Below, piece by piece: positions 1 to 9,500 of a stretch of DNA of 64,000 nucleotides. The DNA comes from an uncultured Methylococcaceae bacterium (GTDB lineage: Bacteria; Pseudomonadota; Gammaproteobacteria; Methylococcales; Methylomonadaceae): the NCBI GenBank assembly GCA_903839855.1, contig CAIMEB010000160.1, positions 164 through 64,163 of the forward strand. The letters run 5' to 3'. The notes beneath the pieces are model-generated. The model was not told the origin of the DNA. It saw only the letters and a program-made list of their open reading frames with translations, and ran no database searches. The first letter of the stretch is position 1; the number at the start of each line of letters is the position of its first letter. The position numbers and the translations under genes were made by a program.

Positions 1-89
1 AGGAATATGTAAAGTAAAACGTCGCGGATTATTGACTGACTAGCGATGACTCACCTTCTCAATTTGGGGTAGCTTGTTATTGGATAATA

Positions 90-815
90 TTATCTGTGAT
101 TATAATCAGTATGTTCAGTGTCCAAAAGTTGTAAGGGTGTACGAGGGCTTATAGTTAACTTATGATCATCAGGATTATGTTCTTCAACTTTTACCGGTTC
201 AGCATCATGTTGATGACTGTTTGCTGCATCAGGTGATTGCGTTGATTTAACAGCAACACCGTATTGATAGACCATGAGGCCACCTAAATCAGCACCCTGA
301 ACAATAAGCCCAAACAATAGTGCAGATAATGATAGAAAGAAAGCGTTGGACCAACCATAGATAATCCCACCATTTTTTAAGCGCCAGGCGGCTAATCCAA
401 GGGATAGCGATAAAATTGATATGCCTATGTCTTCATGGTGTTCCATAATGTCATGGACATTCTCACCGTGTGGTACGGTATCAGCCGCTATGAAACCTGC
501 GATGACGGTGAAAATAGCTGATAACGCACCCAGATAAAGAAGCCAACTGAAGGCTTTTCTCCATAGCGTTTTTTTGATAACGGTCGCTATTAAATCCAGA
601 ATGAAAAAGCTAGTTAAGAACGCAATAGGGAAGTGCACCAGTAGAGGATGTATATTCTCCAAACTTGCAATGCCCGGTAATAGTGACGAAAAAATCGTCT
701 CAGGTCCATTAGTTGAAAGTTTCTCAATAGACACCAGTAAGTCAGAAACGATGTCTGCAACGCCACCATTATGGTCGGCACCGCCATGAACTTGGAAAGA
801 TAAAAATTTATTCAT
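90..815 (-). CDS. DUF2231-family membrane protein with His-rich C-terminal tail
   Basis: HPLLVHFPIAF motif, about 4 hydrophobic helices, GADLGGLMVYQYG near the end; His/acidic tail (SHQHD..EEHNPDDH). Confidence 0.7.
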   Translation of the reverse strand: MNKFLSFQVHGGADHNGGVADIVSDLLVSIEKLSTNGPETIFSSLLPGIASLENIHPLLVHFPIAFLTSFFILDLIATVIKKTLWRKAFSWLLYLGALSAIFTVIAGFIAADTVPHGENVHDIMEHHEDIGISILSLSLGLAAWRLKNGGIIYGWSNAFFLSLSALLFGLIVQGADLGGLMVYQYGVAVKSTQSPDAANSHQHDAEPVKVEEHNPDDHKLTISPRTPLQLLDTEHTDYNHR

Positions 816-907
816 TGTTGGCTATCATTATGTATGGAGTATGACAGGACAATCTACTTTAGATTTTTGTAAGTACAAGTAGATTAGCTTAATGTACGGT
901 CATGTTG

Positions 908-1717
908 TTAGTCATGTCGTCGAGCATCGGCAGGTAGTTTATCAAATATCGGGTGCTGAGTCAGGCCATAATAAGCAGGATAATAAACTGCTCCCAGATA
1001 TAAACCATCAGGAGGCGCTGTAACGCCGCCTAGTTTTCTATCTTTTACCTCTAGCAGTTCACGAGTCCATTGAACAGGCTGTTTTTCTGTTCCTATCGCC
1101 ATCAAAACGCCCGCTATGTTTCTAACCATGTGATGCAGAAATGCATTAGCCGAGATGTCGATAATTACTTTATCCTCTTCACGATAGACTTCTATAAAGT
1201 AAATCGTTCGGCAAGGGCTTTTAGATTGACAACCTTGGGCGCGAAATGAAGAAAAATCATGATGCCCAATTAAAGATTGTGCTGCTTGGTGCATTATTAT
1301 TTCATTAAGTGGGACGCGACACCAAGTAACCTGATTACGTAATAATGCTGATTTTATGGGGCGATTAAGAATGATATAGCGATAAAAACGTGCAATTGCA
1401 CTGTATCGGGCATGAAAATCGCCAATAGCTGTATTAATCCAAGAGATTCTGACATCATCAGGTAAATTACTGTTACCTCCTAGCATCCAGGTATGAAGAT
1501 CGCGTTGACTCGTCGTATCAAAATGAACCACCTGTTCTAGAGCATGCACGCCGGTATCGGTTCTGCCCGCACATTGAACTGTCACTGGATGATTCGCGAC
1601 TTTGGACAAGGCCTGCTCAAGCACTTGTTGAACACTGCGATGCTTGGTCTGCCATTGCCAGCCAGAAAAGCCGCTACCATCATATTCAACGCCTAAAACC
1701 AAGCGTATTTTAGTCAT
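908..1717 (-). CDS. truA: tRNA pseudouridine(38-40) synthase TruA
   Basis: EYDGSGFSGWQ, AGRTDTGVHA (catalytic Asp), ANAFLHHMVRNI, APPDGLYL motifs. Confidence 0.97.
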   Translation of the reverse strand: MTKIRLVLGVEYDGSGFSGWQWQTKHRSVQQVLEQALSKVANHPVTVQCAGRTDTGVHALEQVVHFDTTSQRDLHTWMLGGNSNLPDDVRISWINTAIGDFHARYSAIARFYRYIILNRPIKSALLRNQVTWCRVPLNEIIMHQAAQSLIGHHDFSSFRAQGCQSKSPCRTIYFIEVYREEDKVIIDISANAFLHHMVRNIAGVLMAIGTEKQPVQWTRELLEVKDRKLGGVTAPPDGLYLGAVYYPAYYGLTQHPIFDKLPADARRHD

Positions 1718-2225
1718 GAATAAAAACCTTGCGCCCTACGTTGACAGTATTATAAAGTTCGATAAGATCAGAGCTCTTTATCCGAATACAGCCGTGTGAT
1801 TCTGGCATTCCGGTCATTAATTCATCTGGGCAGCCATGGATATAAATATAGCGCCAAGTGGTATCGACAGAACCGTAACGATTTTTATGGGGTTCTAAGC
1901 CACCTAGCCATAATATCCGTGTCAGAATCCAATCCCGTTCAGGGTATTGCTGACCTAATTGAGGCGTATAAATCTCTCCCGTTGAACGTCGGCCAATAAA
2001 GACAGTATTAAGAGGTTGTTCGGCTCCTATTTTTGCCCTAATCTGATGCCAACCTCTAGGCGTACATTGACTGCCTCTGAGTTCACCCAGTCCATTTTTA
2101 GCGGTGGAGATAGGATATTGTCGGACGTTATTACCGTCTTTATAAACAGTCAATTGCTGACTAGCGACGCAAATATCCAGGTAGTTTTGCGTTTCGCGTA
2201 GCGTATGTTTTTCATTTGTTCTCAT
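1710..2225 (-). CDS. L,D-transpeptidase (YkuD family); start probably 2225 (MRTNEK), ORF open to 2270
   Basis: ISTAKNG, TPRGWH and YIYIHG...SHGCIR catalytic His/Cys motif; overlaps the truA start by 8 nt. Confidence 0.88.
   Translation of the reverse strand: MRTNEKHTLRETQNYLDICVASQQLTVYKDGNNVRQYPISTAKNGLGELRGSQCTPRGWHQIRAKIGAEQPLNTVFIGRRSTGEIYTPQLGQQYPERDWILTRILWLGGLEPHKNRYGSVDTTWRYIYIHGCPDELMTGMPESHGCIRIKSSDLIELYNTVNVGRKVFIHD
2131..2195. repeat. Copy A of a 65-bp imperfect direct repeat (inside the L,D-transpeptidase 5' end)
   Basis: Hand alignment to 4192-4256 gives 57/65 identical, including an exact 22-mer taaacagtcaattgctgactag. Confidence 0.9.
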
Positions 2226-2841
2226 TGTCTGATGCTTGCGTTCTTGATCTAAACATATTAATTTCGGCACAGGTGATTATCTGAATCATGTTAACCGTAA
2301 AATTGTCAGGCGCTTTTTCGACAGCGATTTGTAGATCTGATAAGCATTGTCGTCAGCCATTACTTAGTTTCCTGTGATTTAAGTTAAAATTAACATTATA
2401 CTTTGTCAAAGATTAATTTAATGTAACAGTTATGTTGTTTGTTTAATCAGTAGATACTTAGGAATTCAACCGCATAAAATAATAACAGTTGATCAAGCAA
2501 TCACAGGTTATTTTTGTTATTGATACCAAAATTAATTTTAAAGTATATAATCCTACACTGATTTTTTTAAAATCAATAATATATCAACATGGTTGGATGC
2601 TTTGTTGATAATTATGAGTGAGTTAATTTATTTATTTCTAATTGGGCAAATTTTATGCAAATAACTATAAAGATACCCTTTTAAGCATTATTAATCCAAA
2701 AATAGTTGCCTTTGATAGTGAACAATCTAAACTTGCTAGAACAGCATGGAGAAAGTTTGGTAAAGGCAGACATCCTGAAAAATTAAATTTTGGTGACTGT
2801 TACTGTTAAGGTAATCCTAAACTTAAAAAGTAATCTATTTT

Positions 2842-4134
2842 ATGCAACAAACTCAGTGTCCAAAACGTTACTATCAACATCTTTATGCTCAAGTATTAAT
2901 AGCCATTCTATTGGGTGTTTTGTTGGGGCATTTTTATCCTGAAACAGCGATAACGATGAAACCGCTGGGTGATGGTTTTATTAAGCTGATTAAAATGATT
3001 ATTGCGCCTATTATTTTTTGTACCGTAGTAACTGGGATTGCAGGTATGCAGGATATGGATAAAGTAAGTCGAGTCGGTGTAAAGACACTGATCTATTTTG
3101 AAATCGTAAGTACACTGGCATTGATAATTGGATTGATCGTTGTGCATGTAATTCAGCCAGGTGCGGGTATGAATATCGATGTCACCTCATTAGATACTAA
3201 AGGATTGACATCATTTACTGAGGGCGCAAAAATTCAAAGTATTGTTGATTTCTTCCTTAACATTATTCCTCTTAGTGTGGTAGATGCTTTTGCTAAAGGG
3301 GATATACTACAAGTCTTGTTGTTTTCATTATTATTTGGCTTCTCCCTTGCGGCAATGAAGACAAATGGCAATGAGGTCGTGGCTTTTATCACTAAAATAT
3401 CTCATGCACTATTTGGTGTAGTAGAAACGATCATGAAACTCGCTCCTTTGGGTGCTTTTGGGGCTATGGCATTTACAGTAGGAAAATATGGTGTTTCGTC
3501 TTTAGCGCCGCTTGCTTCATTAATGGGCAGTTTTTATTTGGCGTGTTTGCTATTTATTTTTGTAGTATTGGGATTGATCGCAAAGCTGGTGGGATTTAGT
3601 TTAATCAAATTCATTATTTATATAAAAGATGAGTTACTGATTGTTTTAGGGACTTCATCATCAGAGTCTGTGCTACCCAGGATAATAACTAAATTAGAGT
3701 CGTTGGGTTGTTCTAAATCTGTTGTAGGCTTAGTGATTCCAACGGGCTATTCATTTAATCTGGATGGTACTTCAATTTATCTTCCAATGGCGGCAATATT
3801 CGTAGCGCAAGCTACTAATACATCACTTAATTTGACACAAGAATTAACAATCCTGGGTGTTTTGCTGTTAACCTCAAAAGGAGCAGCCGGTGTTACGGGA
3901 AGTGGGTTTATAACACTTGCCGCAACGCTTTCAGCGATTCCGACTATTCCAGTTGCAGGACTTGCCCTGATACTTGGGATTGATCGTTTTATGTCTGAAG
4001 CACGCGCCTTAACTAATCTTATTGGTAATGGTGTTGCCACAATGGTTGCCGCAAAATGGGAGAAAGAGTTAGATGAGGAAAAAATGCACGGGGAACTCAA
4101 CCGGATAAAAAAGGATAATATGGGTTTAAACTAG
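2842..4134 (+). CDS. dctA: C4-dicarboxylate:H+ symporter DctA (DAACS family)
   Basis: [75 protein letters not shown] motifs. Confidence 0.95.
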   Translation: MQQTQCPKRYYQHLYAQVLIAILLGVLLGHFYPETAITMKPLGDGFIKLIKMIIAPIIFCTVVTGIAGMQDMDKVSRVGVKTLIYFEIVSTLALIIGLIVVHVIQPGAGMNIDVTSLDTKGLTSFTEGAKIQSIVDFFLNIIPLSVVDAFAKGDILQVLLFSLLFGFSLAAMKTNGNEVVAFITKISHALFGVVETIMKLAPLGAFGAMAFTVGKYGVSSLAPLASLMGSFYLACLLFIFVVLGLIAKLVGFSLIKFIIYIKDELLIVLGTSSSESVLPRIITKLESLGCSKSVVGLVIPTGYSFNLDGTSIYLPMAAIFVAQATNTSLNLTQELTILGVLLLTSKGAAGVTGSGFITLAATLSAIPTIPVAGLALILGIDRFMSEARALTNLIGNGVATMVAAKWEKELDEEKMHGELNRIKKDNMGLN

Positions 4135-4163
4135 TGCAACCTTATGGATACGATGACCTCTGG

Positions 4164-4262
4164 TTATTTGCTCAAATGTCTACAGGTGCTGTTATCGTCT
4201 TTGTAAACAGTCAATTGCTGACTAGAAGCGCAAATATCTAGGTAATTTTGCGCTTCATACAT
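4164..4262 (-). pseudogene. Truncated 5' stub of an L,D-transpeptidase (32 aa), containing copy B of the 65-bp repeat (4192-4256)
   Basis: ATG at 4262 overlaps the end of the SDR gene and reads MYEAQNYLDICASSQQLTVYKDDN.., versus ETQNYLDICVASQQLTVYKDGN in the intact gene; stop at 4164-4166. Confidence 0.8.
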
Positions 4263-5106
4263 AATCTGTAAGCAATTCTAAATAGCCGCTTTTATAGTTA
4301 GAATACTGAAACATATAACCCAGTGCTTTTAGGCGTTGATTACTGCAACGTTTGTTCATTTCAGTAGTACCGTCAGTCATTTTAACACCCGGTGGCTGAC
4401 AATTCATTTGTGCAGCCAACCACGAGATAACCTCCCACATCGGCGCTGGGTCATCATCACTGGCAACGTAACATTGTTCCAGCTGGATACCGGCTAAGTG
4501 ACATTCACATAAAAAGACTAACACACCAACACAATCTTGCTGATGAATTCGGTTTGTGTAATAGGGTGGGTCTTGTTGAATAACAGGAGATTGGCTAGCG
4601 AGTCTTAATAAATATTCTCGACCAGGGCCATAGATACCTGAAAAGCGCACGATGATATTATGAGTACTTAAAGCCATCAGTTTTTGCTCAGCCTGTCTAA
4701 TTAATTGGCTGGTGATGTTTGCTGGTTGCGAATTTGATAATTCATCAACCCATTCGCCTTGTGATTGACCATAAACACTGGTGGATGATACAAAAATCAA
4801 ACGTGCGGGTGAGTCAGACAGTGAAAGTCTTGAAATTAAGTTATCGAGTCCTGCTTCATAAATAGTTCGATAACTTTCTTCATTACGACCATCAGGTGAC
4901 ACGATAAAATAGACTATCTCAAAATCAAGAGGTAAATCTTTCAACTCGTTTGAAACGGTTATATCGGCGGTAAAGTAATTAATATCGTCAGTCACTCGAC
5001 TGGGTGGATGTCTTTTTAGCCCAGTGACATGATGCCCTTTAGCCGTTAGGGTATTAGCTAATTGCATCCCTATCGACCCACAGCCTACAATTAAAATTTT
5101 TGCCAT
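4255..5106 (-). CDS. NAD(P)-dependent epimerase/dehydratase, atypical SDR (YeeZ-like)
   Basis: N-terminal GCGSIG Rossmann motif, FVSSTSVYG, RFSGIYGPGR, TNRIHQQD. Confidence 0.85.
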   Translation of the reverse strand: MAKILIVGCGSIGMQLANTLTAKGHHVTGLKRHPPSRVTDDINYFTADITVSNELKDLPLDFEIVYFIVSPDGRNEESYRTIYEAGLDNLISRLSLSDSPARLIFVSSTSVYGQSQGEWVDELSNSQPANITSQLIRQAEQKLMALSTHNIIVRFSGIYGPGREYLLRLASQSPVIQQDPPYYTNRIHQQDCVGVLVFLCECHLAGIQLEQCYVASDDDPAPMWEVISWLAAQMNCQPPGVKMTDGTTEMNKRCSNQRLKALGYMFQYSNYKSGYLELLTDYV

Positions 5107-5118
5107 GATTTGATGTCT

Positions 5119-6519
5119 TTACTTAATATCAACTTTGGTTAGCTTTGTAATCGGTTTGTCGTTGTATTCACCGGTTAACGTCTTTAAAAACTCCACTAAG
5201 TTATTAGTTTCAACTTCAGTCAGGTTTTTGTTTCTTTGTACTTTAGCCATTATTTTAACTGCGTCTGCTAAATTGCTGATAGATCCATCATGAAAATAAG
5301 GCGAGGTAAACTCGATATTACGCAGTACGGGTACTTTAAAAAAATGACGATCTTTTTCATTTTTTGTAACGTTAAAACGACCTTGATCAGTTTCTGTTAA
5401 TTGATCACCTCTCAACATAAAGTAATTTTGTTTTACGCCCATTTTTTCAAATGATAAGCCACCTAATGCTGGGCCACTGTGACAAGAAGCACAATTAACT
5501 TTGAATAATTCATAGCCCGCTTTTTCATTACTGGTCAGGGCGTTGTTATTTCCACGCAAGTACTGGTCAAAAAGAGAGTTTGATGTCACCAACGATTGTT
5601 CAAATGTTGCAATAGCCTCTGTGACTGTTTCTTTACTTAAACCTTGTAGCGGATATAGGGAAGCAAAGGCATTTGTATAGTCAGGTACCCGCTTCAGTTT
5701 TTCAATTACAGTATCCCATTGAGCACCCATTTCACCCGGGTTGGCAACAGGGCCAGCGGCTTGTGCTTGTAAGTCTTTGGCTCGACCATCCCAAAATTGC
5801 GCTAGGTTATACATGGCATTATAGACCGTTGGAGAATTAATCGGTCCTTGTTGTCCGTTAATGCCAGTCGCCACTTTTGCTTGATCTGTACCGCCTTTAG
5901 TTAAGTCATGGCAGGATGCACAACTCAATGTATTGTCGCCAGAAAGTAAGGTGTCATGAAATAGATGCTGACCCAGTGCAACTTTTTGGGCATCAAGTTC
6001 TACTGTCAAAGGTAAAGGTTGTATAGGTTCACCTTTTAATGTACTGGTTGAATCATGGCTCCAGGCTAAATGACTACGCTCTTCTTTAATCCAGTCAAGA
6101 ATTGTTTGTTGTTCTTCTGTATCTAAACTATCGTTCCAATGCATAGAGAGATATAAAGCCGGAGGCATGCTATTGTTAAGGATAACACCTTCTATCCTGG
6201 CTAACTGGACAGGTGAAAACTTAACTTTGCCACTGTATAACTCGTTTGTAAGAATCAATCTATCTGAAGCATTTTCAATATCTTTTGCCATTAATCGCTT
6301 AGCAATAGGTAACTTTGCATAAATAGGCATTCGGGTCATGCCAGGAGAATGACAATCAACACATTTATTTTGAAAAATCTCAGTCACTTTTGTAAAATGC
6401 GGGGAGCTTCCCTCAATAACAGCAATGGGCTCATTTTCTCCAGATAGCCCTAATAAATTAGAAACCGGTAAAGCTAAAACAAGAGCAAACAAAGTCAATA
6501 CGACTAATTTAGTTTTCAT
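5119..6519 (-). CDS. ccp: Triheme cytochrome c peroxidase (YhjA-type: N-terminal anchor, extra heme domain, diheme CCP core)
   Basis: Three CxxCH motifs (CVDCH, CASCH, CASCH); NSPTVYNA, QFWDGRA, NPGEM and FKVPVLRNI..PYFHDG CCP motifs; hydrophobic N-terminus. Confidence 0.92.
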   Translation of the reverse strand: MKTKLVVLTLFALVLALPVSNLLGLSGENEPIAVIEGSSPHFTKVTEIFQNKCVDCHSPGMTRMPIYAKLPIAKRLMAKDIENASDRLILTNELYSGKVKFSPVQLARIEGVILNNSMPPALYLSMHWNDSLDTEEQQTILDWIKEERSHLAWSHDSTSTLKGEPIQPLPLTVELDAQKVALGQHLFHDTLLSGDNTLSCASCHDLTKGGTDQAKVATGINGQQGPINSPTVYNAMYNLAQFWDGRAKDLQAQAAGPVANPGEMGAQWDTVIEKLKRVPDYTNAFASLYPLQGLSKETVTEAIATFEQSLVTSNSLFDQYLRGNNNALTSNEKAGYELFKVNCASCHSGPALGGLSFEKMGVKQNYFMLRGDQLTETDQGRFNVTKNEKDRHFFKVPVLRNIEFTSPYFHDGSISNLADAVKIMAKVQRNKNLTEVETNNLVEFLKTLTGEYNDKPITKLTKVDIK

Positions 6520-6540
6520 AATTATTTTAAAGAAATTGAA

Positions 6541-9500
6541 TTAAAGCTCTGTTAATGCATAAACCTGAGTGGATTCATTGGGTTCATTAAATGAACACTC
6601 ACCCACTGAACAAAATCCCCATGAAGAATCAGCAGATAGCTGAATAGACTTGCTAACTGCCAGCGGTTTATGTAAATCTCTAGCAAGTGCGCCTAAGTTA
6701 ACAGCCTGATCAACGGTATGCCCTAAAACAGTGTAGTCCATTTTAATAGACGATCCGATATTACCTTCTATCATAGAATCTAGGGTTAAACCAAAACCAC
6801 ATCGAATAACGCTATAAATAGGGTTTTCTTCTGTTACTAGCTTAAATTTTTTGTACGCATCATTACAAGCTGCGATGGCTATATCCACTTGAGCAGGTAA
6901 AAAATGTGCAACTATACAACCCCCTGAATATTTAGCGACTTGCCCACCATGCTCTATAAATGATGCAGAACAAATCTCTAAAAAGTTATTCAAGGCCTTA
7001 ACAACGTCTTCTAAGGCAAAATCTTTAGATAAGCCTGAAAAATCTGTCATGCTCCCAGAAACGACAATTCTTTCTGTTTTTTTTATGGGAATGGTTAACG
7101 GGTTAATGCCTTCCATTAAATATTTAAGTAATACCGGTTGGGTATAACGCCCCACCATACTATAAGAGTGGGCAATGTTCTGTAACATCATACCAATTGC
7201 CAGCAACATGAGGTCATTGCTTTCGCTCAAGGCGACTGTTTTCATCCCCCATTCAGTAAAAAGGCGTTCTTCACAGCCAGTCTCTGCACTGAGTATCGTT
7301 ATTTCGTGATGTCTTGGATCTCGGCTGATTTTTTCTACCAACTCATCAACGATCGATTCTTCGCCTTCCAAAACTTGGAAGAAATAATCACGAACTGAAA
7401 TAAGTACACCTGTAACGTCCCTGTGTTTATTATTTATACTCGATATTCGTCCAATTTCAAGTATTTCTTCCTCATTAAGCACTGCATTTAATTTGCTTAC
7501 ATAGGTCAACCGCTTCATGCCTAGGGAGAATGTAGTGGCTGTTTCCGTCGCACGATAATTTGATAAATTACGTACTGCTTTACTCATTAACCAACCGCTT
7601 TTGATTAATGCTTTAAGATCCTCTTGTGAAACAATCTTAAGTTCACAATCAGTTAGGCAGCGTACTGTTTCAATACGCCGATTATTGTGTAACGGGAGAA
7701 TTTCTCCAAAATAATCACCTGGACCTAATTCTCGAATTATACGTCCTTCTTGCATGACCTTTAAACGGCCTGAGTCAACGGCATAGGCCATTTCTGCTGC
7801 ATCACCAGAACAAAATACATTATCCCCCGTCTTATAATGTGAGCGTTGTAAATGGGCTGAGGGTGCTTGTGATAAGACTGCAATATCGTTGCGAAACGCG
7901 AGCACTAAAAACCAATCTATAATAATTCGGAGATTTCTTTCTAAACCAGGTACCGAAAATAGATTAATCAAGCGGGATACAAACCAGGCTGGTTTACCAC
8001 CTATAATAACAGCTCCGAAAGCGCATAAAGAGTATTCAGCCATGTTATACGGTTGAATAAAATGAGTTCGTGTCTTAATAGGTCGTGTCTTATAACCTTG
8101 AGATGTGGCCCACGCATTAAAACCAGCCGTATACCCCAACGTGACTAGATCATCAGTAAAAGAAAATGATGGCTGGTTATTAGGTTCTTTTGATTCAGTT
8201 ATCCAAATATTTTCAAATCCCAGTAACCGTAATTCGTCATTAATTGCATATGGCCAGCTTAACTCACCGTAATATTTAAACTTAATATTAGGTAATTTTA
8301 AGGAAGCATTGATGACTAATCCAACTGATTGATTTTCACCATTGGCAAAAAATAAATCTCTTTGGGTAATGCCTGTTATTTCATCATTCAAATGTTCAAT
8401 GACGCCTGCTTTTTTCAAATTACGTGCACGACGCTGCTTGATTTTGTTTTCAAACGCTGACCAACATTGATCTTGCTCTTCAAAAAGATGAACTTGCCAA
8501 CCCACGCTTCGTAATACTGAATAAGAGGATTCTGCAGCGCGTAATATTTGACTTACTTCAACGGCTATTGTAGATGCGCACTCTCCAAAACCAATAATAG
8601 CAAAAGACAGGAGGCGAACTTGCTCGGCGGGATCATTAGCAAACTCAGCTTCTTCTACTAAGTCTAAAACACGCTGTCTAATACGTAAGGCATCGGCAAC
8701 AGAATCAACTAAACACGCATGTGCAAGCATTCCCGGAATGCTTGCAAAATTGGCTTTAGGACTCAGCGCCAGAATTAAACTATCATAAGGTAATTCAACA
8801 CTATCGTTATTCTTCCGCTTTGCAATGACTTTTTTAGCTCTTTCATCAACAGAATCTAAATGCCCCACCACTACATTCGTTTGTTGGATAATACGTCGAA
8901 AGGGATTGACCACATTACCGGGTTGGACTGTTCCTCCGATGACTTCTGGCAAAAAAGGTGCAAACAAAAAATTAGCCTGTTCATGCAACAACGTAATTTT
9001 AACGTTGGAATACTGCCCGATGAGATGTTCAATTTTAATGGCAGCTTGTAAAGCGGAAAGACCTCCGCCGACAATAACAATATGGGCTGATTTATCCCTG
9101 GCAATGGGCCGTTTAAGCTCACCTGCAGAGTTGATCAGGCAAGATAATACAACACCATAAAAAAGAATATGTTCTGTCGGTGTTTCTGGCAATAACAAAG
9201 CAAAGATAGAAAATGCAGAAATTAAAAACAACGATAAGGGACGTAATAAAACCCCAGCAATCATTAGAATACCGGCACTCACTTCAACTAATGCCATTAC
9301 TAAAGTGAAGGCTTCTGGATTAACCGATAAAACAGGCAAATGGTATTGCGTAATAATCCCAATCGAAAGATTAGGTTGCATGACTTTAAAAAAGACCCCT
9401 AAATACAATAAGGTGGTGCCTGTTAAAATACGCATAATCGCTTGAGCACGCAGCCGAGGTTGTTCTGCGAGCCAGGCTTGTAAGGGCTGGAACATGGCGG

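Noticed and set aside
2271-2841. FNR/CRP-like boxes in the AT-rich region upstream of dctA
   Set aside because: Only half-sites (TTGAT without a correctly spaced ATCAA), as expected by chance at this AT content.
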